Below are positions 11,001-23,900 of a stretch of 64,000 bases of DNA, in pieces. The DNA is taken from NCBI RefSeq assembly GCF_009914755.1, contig NC_060942.1, one strand, 5' to 3'. Positions within the stretch are counted from its first letter, which is position 1; the number at the start of each line of letters is the position of its first letter. Below the pieces are notes generated by a model. It had not been told where the DNA came from, did not search any database, and saw only the letters and a list, made by a program, of their open reading frames with translations. A program made the position numbers and the translations under genes. The stretch is from the human T2T-CHM13v2.0 reference genome, Homo sapiens.

Positions 11001-14000
11001 CTTCCCGTAACAACTATGCAGAAGCATTCTCAGAAACTTGTTTGTGATGTGTGCCCTCTACTGACAGAGTTGAACCTTTCTTTTCATAGAGCAGTTTTGA
11101 AACACTCTTTTTGTAGAATCTGCAAGAGGATATTTGCATAGCTTTGAGGATTTCGTGGGAAACGGGATTGTCTTCAGGTAAAATCTAGACAGAAGCATTC
11201 TCAGAAACTTCTTTGGGATGTTTGCATTCAAGTCACAGAGTAGAACATTCCCTTTGGTAGAGCAGGTTTGAAACACTCTTTTTGTAGTATCTGGAAGTGG
11301 ACATTTGGAGCGCTTTCAGGCCCATGTTGGAAAGGGAAATATCTTCCCGTAACAACTAGGCAGAAGCATTCTCAGAAACTTATTTGAGATGTGTGTACTC
11401 AACTAAGAGAATTGAACCACCGTTTTGAAGGAGCAGTTTTGAAACACTCTTTTTCTGGAATCTGCAAGAGTATATTTGCCTAGCCTTGAGGATTTCGTTG
11501 GAAACGGGATTGTCTTCAGAGAAAATCTAGACAGAAGCATTCTCAGAAACTTCTTTGGGATGTTTGCATTCAAGTCACAGAGTAGAACATTCCCTTTGGT
11601 AGAGCAGGTTTGAAACACTCTTTTTTTAGTATCTGGAAGTGGACATTTGGAGCGCTTTCAGGCCTACGTTGGAAAAGGAAATATCTTCCCATAACAACTA
11701 GACAGAAGCATTCTCAGAAACTAGTTTCTGATGTGTGTCCTCAACTAACACAGTTGAACATTTCTTTAGACAGAACAGTTTTGAAACACTCTTTTTGTGG
11801 AATCTGCAAGTGGCTATTTGGCTAGATTTGAGGATTTCGTTGGAAACGGGATTACATATAAAAAGCAGTCAGCAGCATTCTCAGAAAGTTCTTTGTGATG
11901 ATTGCATTCAAGTCACAGAATTGAACATTCCCTTTCACAGAGCAGGTTTGAAACACTCTTTTTGTAGTGTGTGTAAGTGGACATTTGGAGCACTTACCGG
12001 CCTAAGGTGAAAAAGGAAATATCTTCCCATAAAAACTAGACAGAAGCATTCTCAGAAACTTACTCGTGATGTGTGTCCTCAACTAAAGGAGTAGAACCTT
12101 TCTTTTCATAGAGAAGTTTTGAAACGCTCTTTTTGTGGAATCTGCAAGTGGATATTTGGCTAGTTTTGAGGATTTCGTTGGAAGCGGGAATTCATACAAA
12201 TTGCAGACTGCAGCGTTCTGAGAAACATCTTTGTGATGTTTGTATTCAGGACACAGAGTTGAACATTCCCTATCATAGAGCAGGTTGGAATCACTCCTTT
12301 TGTAGTATCTGGAAGTGGACATTTGGAGCGCTTTCAGGCCTATGTTGGAAAAGGAAATATCTTCCCATAACAACTAGACAGAAGCATTCTCAGAAACTTA
12401 TTTGAGATGTGTGTACTCAACTAAGAGAATTGAACCACCGTTTTGAAGGAGCAGTTTTGAAACACTCTTTTTCTGGAATCTGCAAGTGGATATTTGGCTA
12501 GCTTTGGGGATTTCGCTGGAAGCGGGAATACATATAAAAAGCACACAGCAGCGTTCTGAGAAACTGCTTTCTGATGTTTGCATTCAAGTCAAAAGTTGAA
12601 CACTCCCTTTCATAGAGCAGTCTTGAAACACCCCTTTTGTAGTATCTGGAACTGGACTTTTGGAGCGATTTCAGGGCTAAGGTGAAAAAGGAAATATCTT
12701 CCCATAAAAACTGGACAGAAGCATTCTCAGAAACTTGGTTATGCTGTATCTACTCAACTAACAAAGTTGAACCTTTCTTTTGATAGAGCAGTTTTGAAAT
12801 GGTCTTTTTGTGGAATCTGCAAGTGGATATTTGGCTAGTTTTGAGGATTTCGTTGGAAGCGGGAATTCATACAAATTGCAGACTGCAGCGTTCTGAGAAA
12901 CATCTTTGTGATGTTTGTATTCAGGACACAGAGTTGAACATTCCCTATCATAGAGCAGGTTGGAATCACTCCTTTTGTAGTATCTGGAAGTGGACATTTG
13001 GAGCGCTTTCAGGCCTATTTTGGAAAGGGAAATATCTTCCCGTAACAACTATGCAGAAGCATTCTCAGAAACTTGTTTGTGATGTGTGCCCTCTACTGAC
13101 AGAGTTGAACCTTTCTTTTCATAGAGCAGTTTTGAAACACTCTTTTTGTAGAATCTGCAAGAGGATATTTGCATAGCTTTGAGGATTTCGTGGGAAACGG
13201 GATTGTCTTCAGGTAAAATCTAGACAGAAGCATTCTCAGAAACTTCTTTGGGATGTTTGCATTCAAGTCACAGAGTAGAACATTCCCTTTGGTAGAGCAG
13301 GTTTGAAACACTCTTTTTGTAGTATCTGGAAGTGGACATTTGGAGCGCTTTCAGGCCCATGTTGGAAAGGGAAATATCTTCCCGTAACAACTAGGCAGAA
13401 GCATTCTCAGAAACTTATTTGAGATGTGTGTACTCAACTAAGAGAATTGAACCACCGTTTTGAAGGAGCAGTTTTGAAACACTCTTTTTCTGGAATCTGC
13501 AAGAGTATATTTGCCTAGCCTTGAGGATTTCGTTGGAAACGGGATTGTCTTCAGAGAAAATCTAGACAGAAGCATTCTCAGAAACTTCTTTGGGATGTTT
13601 GCATTCAAGTCACAGAGTAGAACATTCCCTTTGGTAGAGCAGGTTTGAAACACTCTTTTTGTAGTATCTGGAAGTGGACATTTGGAGCGCTTTCAGGCCT
13701 ACGTTGGAAAAGGAAATATCTTCCCATAACAACTAGACAGAAGCATTCTCAGAAACTAGTTTCTGATGTGTGTCCTCAACTAACACAGTTGAACATTTCT
13801 TTAGACAGAACAGTTTTGAAACACTCTTTTTGTGGAATCTGCAAGTGGCTATTTGGCTAGATTTGAGGATTTCGTTGGAAACGGGATTACATATAAAAAG
13901 CAGTCAGCAGCATTCTCAGAAAGTTCTTTGTGATGATTGCATTCAAGTCACAGAATTGAACATTCCCTTTCACAGAGCAGGTTTGAAACACTCTTTTTGT

Positions 14001-14245
14001 AGTGTGTGTAAGTGGACATTTGGAGCACTTACCGGCCTAAGGTGAAAAAGGAAATATCTTCCCATAAAAACTAGACAGAAGCATTCTCAGAAACTTACTC
14101 GTGATGTGTGTCCTCAACTAAAGGAGTAGAACCTTTCTTTTCATAGAGAAGTTTTGAAACGCTCTTTTTGTGGAATCTGCAAGTGGATATTTGGCTAGTT
14201 TTGAGGATTTCGTTGGAAGCGGGAATTCATACAAATTGCAGACTG

Positions 14246-15263
14246 CAGCGTTCTGAGAAACATCTTTGTGATGTTTGTATTCAGGACACAGAGTTGAACA
14301 TTCCCTATCATAGAGCAGGTTGGAATCACTCCTTTTGTAGTATCTGGAAGTGGACATTTGGAGCGCTTTCAGGCCTATGTTGGAAAAGGAAATATCTTCC
14401 CATAACAACTAGACAGAAGCATTCTCAGAAACTTATTTGAGATGTGTGTACTCAACTAAGAGAATTGAACCACCGTTTTGAAGGAGCAGTTTTGAAACAC
14501 TCTTTTTCTGGAATCTGCAAGAGTATATTTGCCTAGCCTTGAGGATTTCGTTGGAAACGGGATTGTCTTCAGAGAAAATCTAGACAGAAGCATTCTCAGA
14601 AACTTCTTTGGGATGTTTGCATTCAAGTCACAGAGTAGAACATTCCCTTTGGTAGAGCAGGTTTGAAACACTCTTTTTGTAGTATCTGGAAGTGGACATT
14701 TGGAGCGCTTTCAGGCCTACGTTGGAAAAGGAAATATCTTCCCATAACAACTAGACAGAAGCATTCTCAGAAACTAGTTTCTGATGTGTGTCCTCAACTA
14801 ACACAGTTGAACATTTCTTTAGACAGAACAGTTTTGAAACACTCTTTTTGTGGAATCTGCAAGTGGCTATTTGGCTAGATTTGAGGATTTCGTTGGAAAC
14901 GGGATTACATATAAAAAGCAGTCAGCAGCATTCTCAGAAAGTTCTTTGTGATGATTGCATTCAAGTCACAGAATTGAACATTCCCTTTCACAGAGCAGGT
15001 TTGAAACACTCTTTTTGTAGTGTGTGTAAGTGGACATTTGGAGCACTTACCGGCCTAAGGTGAAAAAGGAAATATCTTCCCATAAAAACTAGACAGAAGC
15101 ATTCTCAGAAACTTACTCGTGATGTGTGTCCTCAACTAAAGGAGTAGAACCTTTCTTTTCATAGAGAAGTTTTGAAACGCTCTTTTTGTGGAATCTGCAA
15201 GTGGATATTTGGCTAGTTTTGAGGATTTCGTTGGAAGCGGGAATTCATACAAATTGCAGACTG
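14246..15263 (+). repeat. 6-mer HOR structural variant (1018 bp): m1, hybrid m2/m8, m9-m12
   Basis: After the m1 end (CAACTAGACAGAAG) the next monomer continues as m8 (CAAGAGTATATTTGCCTAGCC at ~14518), skipping 1017 bp. ORF spacing 13438 to 14456 is 1018. Confidence 0.93.
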
Positions 15264-17298
15264 CAGCGTTCTGAGAAACATCTTTGTGATGTTTGTATTC
15301 AGGACACAGAGTTGAACATTCCCTATCATAGAGCAGGTTTGAATCACTCCTTTTGTAGTATCTGGAAGTGGACATTTGGAGCGCTTTCAGGCCTATGTTG
15401 GAAAAGGAAATATCTTCCCATAACAACTAGACAGAAGCATTCTCAGAAACTTATTTGAGATGTGTGTACTCAACTAAGAGAATTGAACCACCGTTTTGAA
15501 GGAGCAGTTTTGAAACACTCTTTTTCTGGAATCTGCAAGTGGATATTTGGCTAGCTTTGGGGATTTCGCTGGAAGCGGGAATACATATAAAAAGCACACA
15601 GCAGCGTTCTGAGAAACTGCTTTCTGATGTTTGCATTCAAGTCAAAAGTTGAACACTCCCTTTCATAGAGCAGTCTTGAAACACCCCTTTTGTAGTATCT
15701 GGAACTGGACTTTTGGAGCGATTTCAGGGCTAAGGTGAAAAAGGAAATATCTTCCCATAAAAACTGGACAGAAGCATTCTCAGAAACTTGGTTATGCTGT
15801 ATCTACTCAACTAACAAAGTTGAACCTTTCTTTTGATAGAGCAGTTTTGAAATGGTCTTTTTGTGGAATCTGCAAGTGGATATTTGGCTAGTTTTGAGGA
15901 TTTCGTTGGAAGCGGGAATTCATACAAATTGCAGACTGCAGCGTTCTGAGAAACATCTTTGTGATGTTTGTATTCAGGACACAGAGTTGAACATTCCCTA
16001 TCATAGAGCAGGTTGGAATCACTCCTTTTGTAGTATCTGGAAGTGGACATTTGGAGCGCTTTCAGGCCTATTTTGGAAAGGGAAATATCTTCCCGTAACA
16101 ACTATGCAGAAGCATTCTCAGAAACTTGTTTGTGATGTGTGCCCTCTACTGACAGAGTTGAACCTTTCTTTTCATAGAGCAGTTTTGAAACACTCTTTTT
16201 GTAGAATCTGCAAGAGGATATTTGCATAGCTTTGAGGATTTCGTGGGAAACGGGATTGTCTTCAGGTAAAATCTAGACAGAAGCATTCTCAGAAACTTCT
16301 TTGGGATGTTTGCATTCAAGTCACAGAGTAGAACATTCCCTTTGGTAGAGCAGGTTTGAAACACTCTTTTTGTAGTATCTGGAAGTGGACATTTGGAGCG
16401 CTTTCAGGCCCATGTTGGAAAGGGAAATATCTTCCCGTAACAACTAGGCAGAAGCATTCTCAGAAACTTATTTGAGATGTGTGTACTCAACTAAGAGAAT
16501 TGAACCACCGTTTTGAAGGAGCAGTTTTGAAACACTCTTTTTCTGGAATCTGCAAGAGTATATTTGCCTAGCCTTGAGGATTTCGTTGGAAACGGGATTG
16601 TCTTCAGAGAAAATCTAGACAGAAGCATTCTCAGAAACTTCTTTGGGATGTTTGCATTCAAGTCACAGAGTAGAACATTCCCTTTGGTAGAGCAGGTTTG
16701 AAACACTCTTTTTGTAGTATCTGGAAGTGGACATTTGGAGCGCTTTCAGGCCTACGTTGGAAAAGGAAATATCTTCCCATAACAACTAGACAGAAGCATT
16801 CTCAGAAACTAGTTTCTGATGTGTGTCCTCAACTAACACAGTTGAACATTTCTTTAGACAGAACAGTTTTGAAACACTCTTTTTGTGGAATCTGCAAGTG
16901 GCTATTTGGCTGGATTTGAGGATTTCGTTGGAAACGGGATTACATATAAAAAGCAGTCAGCAGCATTCTCAGAAAGTTCTTTGTGATGATTGCATTCAAG
17001 TCACAGAATTGAACATTCCCTTTCACAGAGCAGGTTTGAAACACTCTTTTTGTAGTGTGTGTAAGTGGACATTTGGAGCACTTACCGGCCTAAGGTGAAA
17101 AAGGAAATATCTTCCCATAAAAACTAGACAGAAGCATTCTCAGAAACTTACTCGTGATGTGTGTCCTCAACTAAAGGAGTAGAACCTTTCTTTTCATAGA
17201 GAAGTTTTGAAACGCTCTTTTTGTGGAATCTGCAAGTGGATATTTGGCTAGTTTTGAGGATTTCGTTGGAAGCGGGAATTCATACAAATTGCAGACTG
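15264..17298 (+). repeat. Single canonical 12-mer between the 6-mer and 4-mer variants
   Basis: Marker ORF spacing 15451 to 17486 is 2035. Confidence 0.93.
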
Positions 17299-17973
17299 CA
17301 GCGTTCTGAGAAACATCTTTGTGATGTTTGTATTCAGGACACAGAGTTGAACATTCCCTATCATAGAGCAGGTTGGAATCACTCCTTTTGTAGTATCTGG
17401 AAGTGGACATTTGGAGCGCTTTCAGGCCTATGTTGGAAAAGGAAATATCTTCCCATAACAACTAGACAGAAGCATTCTCAGAAACTTATTTGAGATGTGT
17501 GTACTCAACTAAGAGAATTGAACCACCGTTTTGAAGGAGCAGTTTTGAAACACTCTTTTTCTGGAATCTGCAAGTGGATATTTGGCTAGCTTTGGGGATT
17601 TCGCTGGAAGCGGGAATACATATAAAAAGCACACAGCAGCGTTCTGAGAAACTGCTTTCTGATGTTTGCATTCAAGTCAAAAGTTGAACACTCCCTTTCA
17701 TAGAGCAGTCTTGAAACACCCCTTTTGTAGTATCTGGAACTGGACTTTTGGAGCGATTTCAGGGCTAAGGTGAAAAAGGAAATATCTTCCCATAAAAACT
17801 GGACAGAAGCATTCTCAGAAACTTGGTTATGCTGTATCTACTCAACTAACAAAGTTGAACCTTTCTTTTGATAGAGCAGTTTTGAAATGGTCTTTTTGTG
17901 GAATCTGCAAGTGGATATTTGGCTAGTTTTGAGGATTTCGTTGGAAGCGGGAATTCATACAAATTGCAGACTG
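17299..17973 (+). repeat. 4-mer HOR structural variant (675 bp; m1-m4), equivalent to a 16-mer with tandemly duplicated m1-m4
   Basis: m4 (GAAATGGTC) is followed by a monomer ending in m1-type CCTATGTTGGAAAAGG instead of m5-type CCTATTTTGGAAAGGG, then m2 again. ORF spacing 17486 to 18161 is 675. Confidence 0.93.
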
Positions 17974-20900
17974 CAGCGTTCTGAGAAACATCTTTGTGAT
18001 GTTTGTATTCAGGACACAGAGTTGAACATTCCCTATCATAGAGCAGGTTGGAATCACTCCTTTTGTAGTATCTGGAAGTGGACATTTGGAGCGCTTTCAG
18101 GCCTATGTTGGAAAAGGAAATATCTTCCCATAACAACTAGACAGAAGCATTCTCAGAAACTTATTTGAGATGTGTGTACTCAACTAAGAGAATTGAACCA
18201 CCGTTTTGAAGGAGCAGTTTTGAAACTCTCTTTTTCTGGAATCTGCAAGTGGATATTTGGCTAGCTTTGGGGATTTCGCTGGAAGCGGGAATACATATAA
18301 AAAGCACACAGCAGCGTTCTGAGAAACTGCTTTCTGATGTTTGCATTCAAGTCAAAAGTTGAACACTCCCTTTCATAGAGCAGTCTTGAAACACCCGTTT
18401 TGTAGTATCTGGAACTGGACTTTTGGAGCGATTTCAGGGCTAAGGTGAAAAAGGAAATATCTTCCCATAAAAACTGGACAGAAGCATTCTCAGAAACTTG
18501 TTTATGCTGTAACTACTCAACTAACAAAGTTGAACCTTTCTTTTGATAGAGCAGTTTTGAAATGGTCTTTTTGTGGAATCTGCAAGTGGATATTTGGCTA
18601 GTTTTGAGGATTTCGTTGGAAGCGGGAATTCATACAAATTGCAGACTGCAGCGTTCTGAGAAACATCTTTGTGATGTTTGTATTCAGGACACAGAGTTGA
18701 ACATTCCCTATCATAGAGCAGGTTGGAATCACTCCTTTTGTAGTATCTGGAAGTGGACATTTGGAGCGCTTTCAGGCCTATTTTGGAAAGGGAAATATCT
18801 TCCCGTAACAACTATGCAGAAGCATTCTCAGAAACTTGTTTGTGATGTGTGCCCTCTACTGACAGAGTTGAACCTTTCTTTTCATAGAGCAGTTTTGAAA
18901 CACTCTTTTTGTAGAATCTGCAAGAGGATATTTGCATAGCTTTGAGGATTTCGTGGGAAACGGGATTGTCTTCAGGTAAAATCTAGACAGAAGCATTCTC
19001 AGAAACTTCTTTGGGATGTTTGCATTCAAGTCACAGAGTAGAACATTCCCTTTGGTAGAGCAGGTTTGAAACACTCTTTTTGTAGTATCTGGAAGTGGAC
19101 ATTTGGAGCGCTTTCAGGCCCATGTTGGAAAGGGAAATATCTTCCCGTAACAACTAGGCAGAAGCATTCTCAGAAACTTATTTGAGATGTGTGTACTCAA
19201 CTAAGAGAATTGAACCACCGTTTTGAAGGAGCAGTTTTGAAACACTCTTTTTCTGGAATCTGCAAGAGTATATTTGCCTAGCCTTGAGGATTTCGTTGGA
19301 AACGGGATTGTCTTCAGAGAAAATCTAGACAGAAGCATTCTCAGAAACTTCTTTGGGATGTTTGCATTCAAGTCACAGAGTAGAACATTCCCTTTGGTAG
19401 AGCAGGTTTGAAACACTCTTTTTTTAGTATATGGAAGTGGACATTTTGATCGCTTTCAGGCCTACGTTGGAAAAGGAAATATCTTCCCATAACAACTAGA
19501 CAGAAGCATTCTCAGAAACTAGTTTCTGATGTGTGTCCTCAACTAACACAGTTGAACATTTCTTTAGACAGAACAGTTTTGAAACACTCTTTTTGTGGAA
19601 TCTGCAAGTGGCTATTTGGCTAGATTTGAGGATTTCGTTGGAAACGGGATTACATATAAAAAGCAGTCAGCAGCATTCTCAGAAAGTTCTTTGTGATGAT
19701 TGCATTCAAGTCACAGAATTGAACATTCCCTTTCACAGAGCAGGTTTGAAACACTCTTTTTGTAGTGTGTGTAAGTGGACATTTGGAGCACTTACCGGCC
19801 TAAGGTGAAAAAGGAAATATCTTCCCATAAAAACTAGACAGAAGCATTCTCAGAAACTTACTCGTGATGTGTGTCCTCAACTAAAGGAGTAGAACCTTTC
19901 TTTTCATAGAGAAGTTTTGAAACGCTCTTTTTGTGGAATCTGCAAGTGGATATTTGGCTAGTTTTGAGGATTTCGTTGGAAGCGGGAATTCATACAAATT
20001 GCAGACTGCAGCGTTCTGAGAAACATCTTTGTGATGTTTGTATTCAGGACACAGAGTTGAACATTCCCTATCATAGAGCAGGTTGGAATCACTCCTTTTG
20101 TAGTATCTGGAAGTGGACATTTGGAGCGCTTTCAGGCCTATGTTGGAAAAGGAAATATCTTCCCATAACAACTAGACAGAAGCATTCTCAGAAACTTATT
20201 TGAGATGTGTGTACTCAACTAAGAGAATTGAACCACCGTTTTGAAGGAGCAGTTTTGAAACTCTCTTTTTCTGGAATCTGCAAGTGGATATTTGGCTAGC
20301 TTTGGGGATTTCGCTGGAAGCGGGAATACATATAAAAAGCACACAGCAGCGTTCTGAGAAACTGCTTTCTGATGTTTGCATTCAAGTCAAAAGTTGAACA
20401 CTCCCTTTCATAGAGCAGTCTTGAAACACCCCTTTTGTAGTATCTGGAACTGGACTTTTGGAGCGATTTCAGGGCTAAGGTGAAAAAGGAAATATCTTCC
20501 CATAAAAACTGGACAGAAGCATTCTCAGAAACTTGTTTATGCTGTATCTACTCAACTAACAAAGTTGAACCTTTCTTTTGATAGAGCAGTTTTGAAATGG
20601 TCTTTTTGTGGAATCTGCAAGTGGATATTTGGCTAGTTTTGAGGATTTCGTTGGAAGCGGGAATTCATACAAATTGCAGACTGCAGCGTTCTGAGAAACA
20701 TCTTTGTGATGTTTGTATTCAGGACACAGAGTTGAACATTCCCTATCATAGAGCAGGTTGGAATCACTCCTTTTGTAGTATCTGGAAGTGGACATTTGGA
20801 GCGCTTTCAGGCCTATTTTGGAAAGGGAAATATCTTCCCGTAACAACTATGCAGAAGCATTCTCAGAAACTTGTTTGTGATGTGTGCCCTCTACTGACAG

Positions 20901-23900
20901 AGTTGAACCTTTCTTTTCATAGAGCAGTTTTGAAACACTCTTTTTGTAGAATCTGCAAGAGGATATTTGCATAGCTTTGAGGATTTCGTGGGAAACGGGA
21001 TTGTCTTCAGGTAAAATCTAGACAGAAGCATTCTCAGAAACTTCTTTGGGATGTTTGCATTCAAGTCACAGAGTAGAACATTCCCTTTGGTAGAGCAGGT
21101 TTGAAACACTCTTTTTGTAGTATCTGGAAGTGGACATTTGGAGCGCTTTCAGGCCCATGTTGGAAAGGGAAATATCTTCCCGTAACAACTAGGCAGAAGC
21201 ATTCTCAGAAACTTATTTGAGATGTGTGTACTCAACTAAGAGAATTGAACCACCGTTTTGAAGGAGCAGTTTTGAAACACTCTTTTTCTGGAATCTGCAA
21301 GAGTATATTTGCCTAGCCTTGAGGATTTCGTTGGAAACGGGATTGTCTTCAGAGAAAATCTAGACAGAAGCATTCTCAGAAACTTCTTTGGGATGTTTGC
21401 ATTCAAGTCACAGAGTAGAACATTCCCTTTGGTAGAGCAGGTTTGAAACACTCTTTTTTTAGTATATGGAAGTGGACATTTGGAGCGCTTTCAGGCCTAC
21501 GTTGGAAAAGGAAATATCTTCCCATAACAACTAGACAGAAGCATTCTCAGAAACTAGTTTCTGATGTGTGTCCTCAACTAACACAGTTGAACATTTCTTT
21601 AGACAGAACAGTTTTGAAACACTCTTTTTGTGGAATCTGCAAGTGGCTATTTGGCTAGATTTGAGGATTTCGTTGGAAACGGGATTACATATAAAAAGCA
21701 GTCAGCAGCATTCTCAGAAAGTTCTTTGTGATGATTGCATTCAAGTCACAGAATTGAACATTCCCTTTCACAGAGCAGGTTTGAAACACTCTTTTTGTAG
21801 TGTGTGTAAGTGGACATTTGGAGCACTTACCGGCCTAAGGTGAAAAAGGAAATATCTTCCCATAAAAACTAGACAGAAGCATTCTCAGAAACTTACTCGT
21901 GATGTGTGTCCTCAACTAAAGGAGTAGAACCTTTCTTTTCATAGAGAAGTTTTGAAACGCTCTTTTTGTGGAATCTGCAAGTGGATATTTGGCTAGTTTT
22001 GAGGATTTCGTTGGAAGCGGGAATTCATACAAATTGCAGACTGCAGCGTTCTGAGAAACATCTTTGTGATGTTTGTATTCAGGACACAGAGTTGAACATT
22101 CCCTATCATAGAGCAGGTTGGAATCACTCCTTTTGTAGTATCTGGAAGTGGACATTTGGAGCGCTTTCAGGCCTATGTTGGAAAAGGAAATATCTTCCCA
22201 TAACAACTAGACAGAAGCATTCTCAGAAACTTATTTGAGATGTGTGTACTCAACTAAGAGAATTGAACCACCGTTTTGAAGGAGCAGTTTTGAAACTCTC
22301 TTTTTCTGGAATCTGCAAGTGGATATTTGGCTAGCTTTGGGGATTTCGCTGGAAGCGGGAATACATATAAAAAGCACACAGCAGCGTTCTGAGAAACTGC
22401 TTTCTGATGTTTGCATTCAAGTCAAAAGTTGAACACTCCCTTTCATAGAGCAGTCTTGAAACACCCCTTTTGTAGTATCTGGAACTGGACTTTTGGAGCG
22501 ATTTCAGGGCTAAGGTGAAAAAGGAAATATCTTCCCATAAAAACTGGACAGAAGCATTCTCAGAAACTTGTTTATGCTGTATCTACTCAACTAACAAAGT
22601 TGAACCTTTCTTTTGATAGAGCAGTTTTGAAATGGTCTTTTTGTGGAATCTGCAAGTGGATATTTGGCTAGTTTTGAGGATTTCGTTGGAAGCGGGAATT
22701 CATACAAATTGCAGACTGCAGCGTTCTGAGAAACATCTTTGTGATGTTTGTATTCAGGACACAGAGTTGAACATTCCCTATCATAGAGCAGGTTGGAATC
22801 ACTCCTTTTGTAGTATCTGGAAGTGGACATTTGGAGCGCTTTCAGGCCTATTTTGGAAAGGGAAATATCTTCCCGTAACAACTATGCAGAAGCATTCTCA
22901 GAAACTTGTTTGTGATGTGTGCCCTCTACTGACAGAGTTGAACCTTTCTTTTCATAGAGCAGTTTTGAAACACTCTTTTTGTAGAATCTGCAAGAGGATA
23001 TTTGCATAGCTTTGAGGATTTCGTGGGAAACGGGATTGTCTTCAGGTAAAATCTAGACAGAAGCATTCTCAGAAACTTCTTTGGGATGTTTGCATTCAAG
23101 TCACAGAGTAGAACATTCCCTTTGGTAGAGCAGGTTTGAAACACTCTTTTTGTAGTATCTGGAAGTGGACATTTGGAGCGCTTTCAGGCCCATGTTGGAA
23201 AGGGAAATATCTTCCCGTAACAACTAGGCAGAAGCATTCTCAGAAACTTATTTGAGATGTGTGTACTCAACTAAGAGAATTGAACCACCGTTTTGAAGGA
23301 GCAGTTTTGAAACACTCTTTTTCTGGAATCTGCAAGAGTATATTTGCCTAGCCTTGAGGATTTCGTTGGAAACGGGATTGTCTTCAGAGAAAATCTAGAC
23401 AGAAGCATTCTCAGAAACTTCTTTGGGATGTTTGCATTCAAGTCACAGAGTAGAACATTCCCTTTGGTAGAGCAGGTTTGAAACACTCTTTTTTTAGTAT
23501 ATGGAAGTGGACATTTGGAGCGCTTTCAGGCCTACGTTGGAAAAGGAAATATCTTCCCATAACAACTAGACAGAAGCATTCTCAGAAACTAGTTTCTGAT
23601 GTGTGTCCTCAACTAACACAGTTGAACATTTCTTTAGACAGAACAGTTTTGAAACACTCTTTTTGTGGAATCTGCAAGTGGCTATTTGGCTAGATTTGAG
23701 GATTTCGTTGGAAACGGGATTACATATAAAAAGCAGTCAGCAGCATTCTCAGAAAGTTCTTTGTGATGATTGCATTCAAGTCACAGAATTGAACATTCCC
23801 TTTCACAGAGCAGGTTTGAAACACTCTTTTTGTAGTGTGTGTAAGTGGACATTTGGAGCACTTACCGGCCTAAGGTGAAAAAGGAAATATCTTCCCATAA

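Larger units (their letters stand above)
1..14245 (+). repeat. Run of 7 canonical 12-mer HORs
   Basis: Unit starts at 1, 2036, 4071, 6106, 8141, 10176, 12211 (exact 2035-bp spacing of marker ORFs). Confidence 0.95.
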
